From: the human T2T-CHM13v2.0 reference genome, Homo sapiens
Strand: one strand, 5' to 3'
Assembly (NCBI RefSeq): GCF_009914755.1
Contig: NC_060935.1
Length of the DNA: 64,000 nt
Shown here: one piece after another, positions 54,080 through 64,000 of the stretch
Layout: every line of letters starts with the position of its first letter
Position numbering within the stretch: the stretch's first letter is position 1
Program-made: the position numbers and the translations under genes
The notes under the pieces: model-generated
Told to the model about the DNA's origin: nothing
Databases searched by the model: none
What the model saw: only the letters and a program-made list of their open reading frames with translations

Positions 54080-55504
54080 CTTCAGTATGAAAAGAGTAAC
54101 AAATGCAGTAATTATATCAAAAACAAGAAACTTAAGGAAATGGCAATCACTTTTTAAAAATTCTACATGAGCCGGGCACAGTGGCTCACACCTACAGTTC
54201 CAGCACTTTGGGAGGCTGAGACAGGTGGATCACTTGAGGTCAGGAATTCGAGACCAGGCTGGCCAACATGGTGAAATCCCCCTCTACTAAAAATAAAAAA
54301 AATTAGGCTGGGCACGGTGGCTCACGCCTGTAATCCCAGCATTCTGGGCGGCCAAGGCGGGCGGATCACCTGAGGTCAGAAGTTCAAAACCAGCCTGGCC
54401 AATATGGTGAAAACTTGTCTCTACTAAAAATACAAAAATTAGCTGGATGTGGTGGTGGGCACCTGTAATCTCAGCTACTTGGGAGGCTGAGGCACTAGAA
54501 TTGCTTGAATCTGGGAGGCGGGGATTGCAGTGAGCCGAGATCACGCTACTGCATTCCAACCTGGGTGAAAGAGCAAGACTCTGTCTCAAAAAAAACAAAA
54601 AACAAAAAAAAAAGAATACAATTATTATCGGGCGTGGTGGCACATGCCTGTAATCCCAGCTACTCAAGAGGCTGAGGTGGGAGAATTACTTGAACCTGGG
54701 TGGCAGAGGTTGCAGTGGGCCAACATCACGCCACCACATTTCAGCCTGGGTGACAGTAAGACCCAGTCTCGAGGGAGAAAAAAAAAATTCTAGATACTCA
54801 TTCTAAGCTTCTCAAATCAAAACCCTCATCTTCCAATTATACAAGCTCCCCAGTCTCTTCTAATTTGCCTTTCTTCTCTTTGAAAGCTTTACAAAAAGAA
54901 AAGGGAGGTGGTGGCTCACGCTTGTAATCCCAACACTTTGGAAGGCCGAGGTGGGTTGATCACCTGAGGTCAGGAGTTTGAGACCAGCCTGGCCAACATG
55001 GTGAAACCCCGTCTCTACCAAAAATACAAAAATCAGCTGGGTGTGGTGGCACATACCTGTAGCCCCAGCTACTCGGGGGCACATACCTGTAGCCTCAGCT
55101 ACTTGAACCCAGGAGACAGGTTGCGGTGAGGCGAGATCGTACCGCTGCACTCGAGACTGGGCAACAGAGTGAGATTCTATCTCAAGAAAAAAAAAAAAAA
55201 GGAGAGACAGCCAGGTGTGATGGCTCACACCTATAATCCCAGCACTTTGGAAGGCCGAGGTGGGAGGATCGCTTCAGCCCAAGAGTTCAAGACCAGCCTG
55301 AGCAACACAGTGAGACCCCATCTCTTAAAGTTAAACAAAACAAAACAAAAAGAGAGATAGAGATCGGGAGAAATACAAGAGAGTGTTGGAGGGAGAGGGA
55401 GAAAGGAGGAGGAAGACATTGAACTGACAAGTACGCTGACCACTTAAGATCCAGGTCCCAAAGTAGCTTCAATAACTAAAACTCCAAACGAAAGCACCAC
55501 TAAC

Positions 55505-55641
55505 CGCTAGGAAGTTGGCCAATGTACTATCAATATCAGTTGACTGGTTTCCATTTGTCTCTTTGGATTGTGCTAGTTTTTCGGAAACATCATTGTCATC
55601 GTCATCACTGTCAGCATAAGCACCAAGCAAGCATAGACCGC
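55505..55641 (-). CDS. FNBP4: FNBP4 coding exon 3 (GGLCLLGAYADSDDDDNDVSEKLAQSKETNGNQSTDIDSTLANFLA)
   Basis: Acceptor tttctag|GC and donor GCG|gttagt; 137 nt; translation matches recalled human FNBP4; frame continues into the next exon. Confidence 0.95.
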
Positions 55642-55865
55642 CTAGAAACAAAAAGGTAAACAGTATTTGTAACAACAATGTCAATATGTCCTAAGAAGCA
55701 TCTAAAGCGGAAGTATAACATGTTTTTTTTAAACTTACTTACAGATTAGAACATAACCGCAAAACTAATAATCACTGAACTACCACAGAAGAATAAATTA
55801 CATCGTATGGTTAAAGCTAATAAAAATTGATCTATAGGCCTGGTGCAGTGGCTCAACGCCTGTAA

Positions 55866-56538
<673 letters not shown>

Positions 56539-57520
56539 TCATTTGAGCCCAGAATCTGAGACCAGCCTCGAAAACATAGTGAGACCTTGTCTATCCCATA
56601 AAAACAAAAACAAAAAAAAAAAAAAGGGAAAAGGAAAAAGAATAAAAATTTAGCCGAGCATACGGCTGAGGTGCAAGGATAGCTTGAGCCCAGGAGGTTG
56701 AGGCTGCATTAAGCCGAAACATCTCCACTGTACTCCAGCCAGGGTGACAAAGTGAGACTGACCATGTCTCCAAAAAAAAAACAAAAACAAAAAAAATCGA
56801 GAACAAGAAAATTAATCTGCATAGTTATTTCAATCAATTATTCAATCTCACTCTCTTTCCAAATTGTTCATAGATAGTATATCTTGATTTTAGAATTTGG
56901 TGATTAAAGTGTTTACTTCAAACTGAGCCAATTACAGTGTAGCAGCTGAAACAAAGACTTTCAAAAACTAAAGAAATAAAGACTTTCAAAGTTAAAAACG
57001 AAGCTTTTAATCAATGATTATTCCTCAAATAGGAAGTGACAGAAATTAAAAACATGAAGTGACAGGAATTAAAAATGGGGCTCAACATGGCTAAAACCAA
57101 TGATCAATGTCTTCCTCAAATTTAAGTGGTATCAGGTATGGCCTCTGTAATGCTGCTATGCCATTTCCTTTTGGATCATCTGTGGCTACTCCAAGATTAC
57201 AATTAACAATATAATACATAGAGTATTATTATATGTATTATAAACACATAAAATGTTAAATTCTAGCTAGACTTTTCCAGCTATTACTTATATTAAATTT
57301 CACAGCGCTGACACATTCTACGCTCACTAAAAAGTTGGTAAATCAACAGATTTATCGAAAGTTAAATCTAGTTTTGTGTGTCATACATCCCATACATAAA
57401 CTCAAAGGTCACCTAAAAGTAAACATAAATTGTTCCATTAATCATGTAGGAGTTCATATTCAGTGCCTTAGTATCGTAATTCCTGCCTTCATTTTTTTCT
57501 TTCTGTATGTAGGTTAAGTT

Positions 57521-58179
57521 TTTTGTTGTTGTTGTTATACTTTAAGTTCTAAGGTACATGTGCACAATGGTGCAGGTTTATTACATATGTATACATGTAC
57601 TATGTTGGTGTGCTGCACCCATTAACTCATCATTAACATTAGGTATTTCTCTTAATGCTATCCCTCCCCCACCCCCGACCCCATGACAGGCCCCGGTGTG
57701 TGATGTTCCCCACCCTGTGTCCAAATGTTCTCATTGTTCAATTCCTACCTATGAGTGAGAATATGTGGTGTTTGGTTTTCTGTCCTTGCGATAGTTTGCT
57801 CAGAATGATGGTTTCCAGCTTCATCCATGTCCCTACAAAGGACATGAACTCATCCTTTTTTATGGCTGCATAGTATTCTATGGTGTATATGTGCCACATT
57901 TTCTTAATCCAGTCTATCATTGATGGACATTCGGGTTGGTTCCAAGTCTTTGCTATTGTGAATAGTGCTGCAGTAAACATAACGTGTGCATGTGTCTTTA
58001 TAGCAGCATGATTTATAATCCTTTGGGTATATACCCAGTAATGGGATCGCTGGGTCAAATGGTATTTCTAGTTCTAGATCCTTGAGGAATCACCACACTG
58101 TCTTCCACAATGGTTGAACTAGTTTACACTCCCACTAACAGCATAAAAGCGTTCCTATTTCTCCACATCCTTTCCAGCA
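57521..58179 (-). mobile_element. 5'-truncated L1PA element (end of ORF2 plus 3'UTR)
   Basis: ORF 57738-58058 gives the L1 ORF2 C-terminus (ALFTIAKTWNQP...KKMWHIYT..YYAAIKKDEFMSF); TSD tatgtaggt(t)aagtt at 57506-57520 and 58180-58193. Confidence 0.92.
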
Positions 58180-58419
58180 TATGTAGGTAAGTTCTTAAAT
58201 GGCAATTTTATTTTGAGATGGAGTCTCGCTCTGTCCCCCAGGCTGGAGTGCAGTGGCTCCGCTCACTACAAGCTCTGCCTCTCAGGTTCACGCCATTCTC
58301 CTGCCTCAGCCTCCTGAGTAGCTGGGACTACAGGCGCCCGCCACGCCCGGCTAATTTTTTTGTATTTTTAGTAGAGATGGGGTTTCACCGTGTTAGCCAG
58401 GATGGTCTTGATCTCCTGA

Positions 58420-58764
<345 letters not shown>

Positions 58765-59728
58765 TAGCCTCTAAACATCAATTTCTAAAGTTTGATTTGT
58801 TTATGTATATATGTAAGAGATAGGGTCTTGCTCTATTGCCAAGGCAGAAGCAGTGGATCACTACATCCTCAAACTCCTGGCCTCAAATGATTCGCTTGCC
58901 TCAGCATCCTGAGTGGATGACTAGAGTCACAACCCACCATGCCTGGCTAATTTATTTTATTTTTTATTTTATGCAGAGATGGAATCTCCTATGTTGCCTA
59001 GGCTGGTCTCATCCTGTCCTCATGTGATCTTCCTGCCTTGACTTCCCAAAATGTTAGGCAAAATTTTTCATTTCTTTTTTTTGAGACAGGGTCTCACTCT
59101 GGCACAAGTGAACTGGTGCGATCACAGCTCACTGCAGCCTTGACCTCCTGAGCTCAACCAATCTTCCCACCTCAATCAGGCTCCTGTGTAGCTGGGACTA
59201 GAGATGCGCACCACTGCGCCTGGCTAACTTTGGTAGAGACGGGGTTTTGCCATGTTGCCTAGGCTCATCTCGAACTCCTGGTCACAAGCCATCCTCCTGC
59301 CTCAGTCTCCCATGTAGCTAGGACTACAGGCCTACGCCACCACACTTGGCATTTTTTAAGCACACAAAAGGTTTCAATCTGTTGCTCAGTTTGGTCTTGA
59401 ATTCCTGAGCTCAAGCAATCCCCTGCCTGAGCCTCCCAAAGTGCTGACATTACAGGTGTGAGCCACCTCGTCTGACCACAAAATATAGGTGTGAGCCACC
59501 TCACCTGATCACAATAGTATTTTAAACTGGTAAGAAAGATATTTACATGGACGTTTGTGGACAGGCATGGTGGCTCATGCCTGTAATGCCAGCACTTTGG
59601 GAGGCTGAGGCAGGTGGATCACGAGGTCAGATCAAGACTATCCTGACCAACATGGTGAAATCCCACCTCTACTAAAAACAAAAAATTAGCTGGCTGTGGT
59701 GGTGCGCGCCTGTAATCCCAGCTACTCA

Positions 59729-59830
<102 letters not shown>

Positions 59831-59915
59831 CTAAAAAAAAGCGGGGGGGAAAAGAGAGAGAAATTTGCAAGGACGTTTCTTAGATAGTGTCTCTAATTTT
59901 TTTTTTTTTTTTTGA

Positions 59916-60023
<108 letters not shown>

Positions 60024-60026
60024 TAG

Positions 60027-60368
<342 letters not shown>

Positions 60369-60765
60369 TAGTAGAGATAGGGTTTCACCATGTTGGCCAG
60401 GCTGCTCTCGCACTCCTGACCTCAAGTGATCTGCCTGCCTTGGCCTCCGAAAGTGCTGAGATTACAGGCGTGAACCATGGTGCCCGGCCCAATTTTCTTG
60501 ATATTCTGAACAAAATGTATTCAGCTTTATAAGAGCAGAACTACCAAAGGAGAAACTTCTGTATGAAATAACGCCACACTTTTGTATACAGTACTGATGG
60601 ATTCTGGAAAGGAGAGTGGGAAATTTTATTTTTAAATAAAAATACTGGCCGGGCACGGTGGCTCATGCCTGTAATCCCAGCACTTTGGGAGGCCAAGGCG
60701 GGTGGATCACCTGAGGTCAGGAGTTCAAGATTGGCTGGCCAACATGGTGAAACTCATCTCTACTA

Positions 60766-60927
<162 letters not shown>

Positions 60928-61223
60928 TCAAAATAAATTAATTAAAAATAAAAATACTTCTAATGACAATCATAGATATAATCACTTTCAGTAAAAAGTT
61001 TCAATCAGGTAAGCTGCATGGTATTTTCATTACAAAATTTCCCAACAAGAGGTAGTTCCCCAGGTCCACAGGCAAAATCGGCTCTGCCTATTCCCTTTCT
61101 TCACCTAAGAGCTTTTCACCTATGGACAAACTTCTTCTAAACTCCTAAAAACATAATAAATTAGCCAAGAAAATGAAACTTATTAAGCCTAGTGTTTGTG
61201 AGAAATTCAGAGAGACATCATAA

Positions 61224-61587
<364 letters not shown>

Positions 61588-62831
61588 TAGTAGAGATGGG
61601 ATTTCACCATGTTGGCCAGGCTGATCTAGAACTCCCGACCTCAGGTGATTCACCCGCTTCAGGCTCCCAAAGTGCTGGGATCACAGGCGTGAGCCACCCA
61701 GCCTGGTCTTTTCTATTTTCGTAGAGACAGGTTTTCACCATGTTGCCAGGCTGGTCTCGAACTCTTGACGTCAGGTGATCCACCTGCCTTGGCCTCCCAT
61801 AGTGTTGGGAGGCGGCAGCCACAGTGACCGCCTAGATTCCATATATCTTAAGTGAAATTTGGCAACAGGTACCAAGAGCTACAAAACTCAAGTTTATTTT
61901 ATATAGTTTCATCTTTGAGACTATAATACCAAGACATAACTCCAAAAAAACTTTGCTCAAAGCTTCTGGTGGCTTGCTTGAAACAACTAAAATCTGTAAA
62001 CACTCAAATGCTCTCAAACAGTGGACTGGCAAAGCAAATCATAGGACATACCTGATTTATTACCATTTTGTGATAAATCAGACTATTATAGAATCACATG
62101 AAATATTACTAAAGGGATTAAAAGTAATGCTAAAGGAATAAAAGCAAGTCATAAAATACATACAAAATTTAATTAAATCTCAGAAAATACAGTGTATATA
62201 CTGTTAACAGGAATGAAGTTAGAGTAACACTGAAAATAAACGTTCACATTATCAGGTAAAATTGCTTTATCTTAGAAAAATCTCAGAGGCTGGGCATGGT
62301 CGCTCACCGCTCTAATCCCAGCACTTTGGGAGGCTGAGACGAGTGGATTACAAGGTCAGGAGTTCAAGACCAGCCTGGCCAAGATGCTGAAACCCTGTCT
62401 CTACTAAAAATATAAAATTAGCTGGGGATGGTGGCATGAGCCAGTAATCCCAGCTACTAGGGAGGCTGCAGCAGGAGAATCACTTTAACTCAGGCGACGG
62501 AGGTTGCAGTGAGCCAAGATCACACCACTGCACTCCAGCCTGGGCGACAGAACAAGACTCCATCTCAAAGCAAAAAAAAAAGAGAAAAATCTTAGAAACA
62601 AAATCAACAGGATGGTCACGGTGGCTCACATCTATAATCCTAGCATTTTGGGAGGCCAAGGAAGGAGGATCACTTGAGCCTCCTTGAGAACAGCCTGGGC
62701 AATAAAGTGAGACCATGTCTACAGAAAGAAAAAAAATTTTATTAAAAACAACAACAAAGCTGGCCAGGTGTCACTGACCTATAAGCAGGTACTAAAGAAC
62801 TCCAAGAATTTAATTTCTTTTTTTTTTTTGA

Positions 62832-62936
<105 letters not shown>

Positions 62937-63126
62937 TAAGTAGCTGGAATTACAGGCATGCGCCACCATGCCCAGCTAGTTTTGTATTTTTAGTAGAGAC
63001 GGGGTTTCTCCGTGCTGGTCAGGCTGGTCTCGAACTCCAGACCTCAGATGATCCGCCAGCTTCAGCCTCCCAAAGTGCTGGGATTAGAGGCGTGAGGCAC
63101 AGCGTCTGGCTGTTTTTTTTTTTTGA

Positions 63127-63321
<195 letters not shown>

Positions 63322-63540
63322 TGAACTCCCGACCTTGTCATCCGCCCGCCTTGGCCTCCCAAAGTGCTGGAATTACACGCGTGAACCACCGTGCCCCGCC
63401 TATTTTTTTAAATTATTTTTGACACAGGGTCTCATTCTGTCACCTAGACTGGGTTGCAGTGGCATGATCATATATAGCTGACTGCAGCCTTGAACTCCTG
63501 GGCTCAAGCGATCCTCCTGCCTCAGTCTCCCAAGTAGCTA

Positions 63541-63966
<426 letters not shown>

Positions 63967-64000
63967 CTAGGATTACAGGCATGAGCCACCCATTTTCAGG

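Noticed and set aside
56950-57121. Small tandem duplications (gaagtgacag.aattaaaaa twice; aaagactttcaaa twice)
   Set aside because: Ordinary micro-duplications in AT-rich intron; no array structure or spacers
57738-58058. 106-aa ORF with reverse-transcriptase-element similarity
   Set aside because: Remnant C-terminus of L1 ORF2 in a 5'-truncated, inactive L1

Overview
Human genomic DNA, very Alu-rich; I recognise it as the AGBL2-FNBP4 region (chr11p11.2, from recall). It holds two minus-strand genes in tandem. FNBP4 (formin-binding protein 4, two WW domains, proline-rich) has 15 coding exons at 55641->18430 that splice into one open frame, with the 3'UTR ending near 17520; its first two exons lie beyond the right edge. 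About 1.1 kb downstream is the CpG-island promoter of AGBL2 (cytosolic carboxypeptidase 2) and its first six coding exons (15658->457); that gene continues past the left edge. Introns contain many Alus, THE1, MER11 and MER34/39-type LTRs, L1, L2, MIR and DNA-transposon relics, and retroposed Y3 RNA and U13 snoRNA pseudogenes. Almost all short ORFs in the supplied track are Alu artefacts. The most notable observation is a 104-nt cassette exon with a premature stop in the last FNBP4 intron (20352-20455). Its 3' splice site and first ~60 nt are an inverted copy (58/65 identical) of a segment of FNBP4's own 3'UTR (18029-18093). The same 3' splice site can alternatively pair with a local arm just after the exon's 5' splice site. 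This suggests a competing RNA-structure switch controlling a poison exon. Exon numbers and repeat subfamily names come from recall, not a database search.
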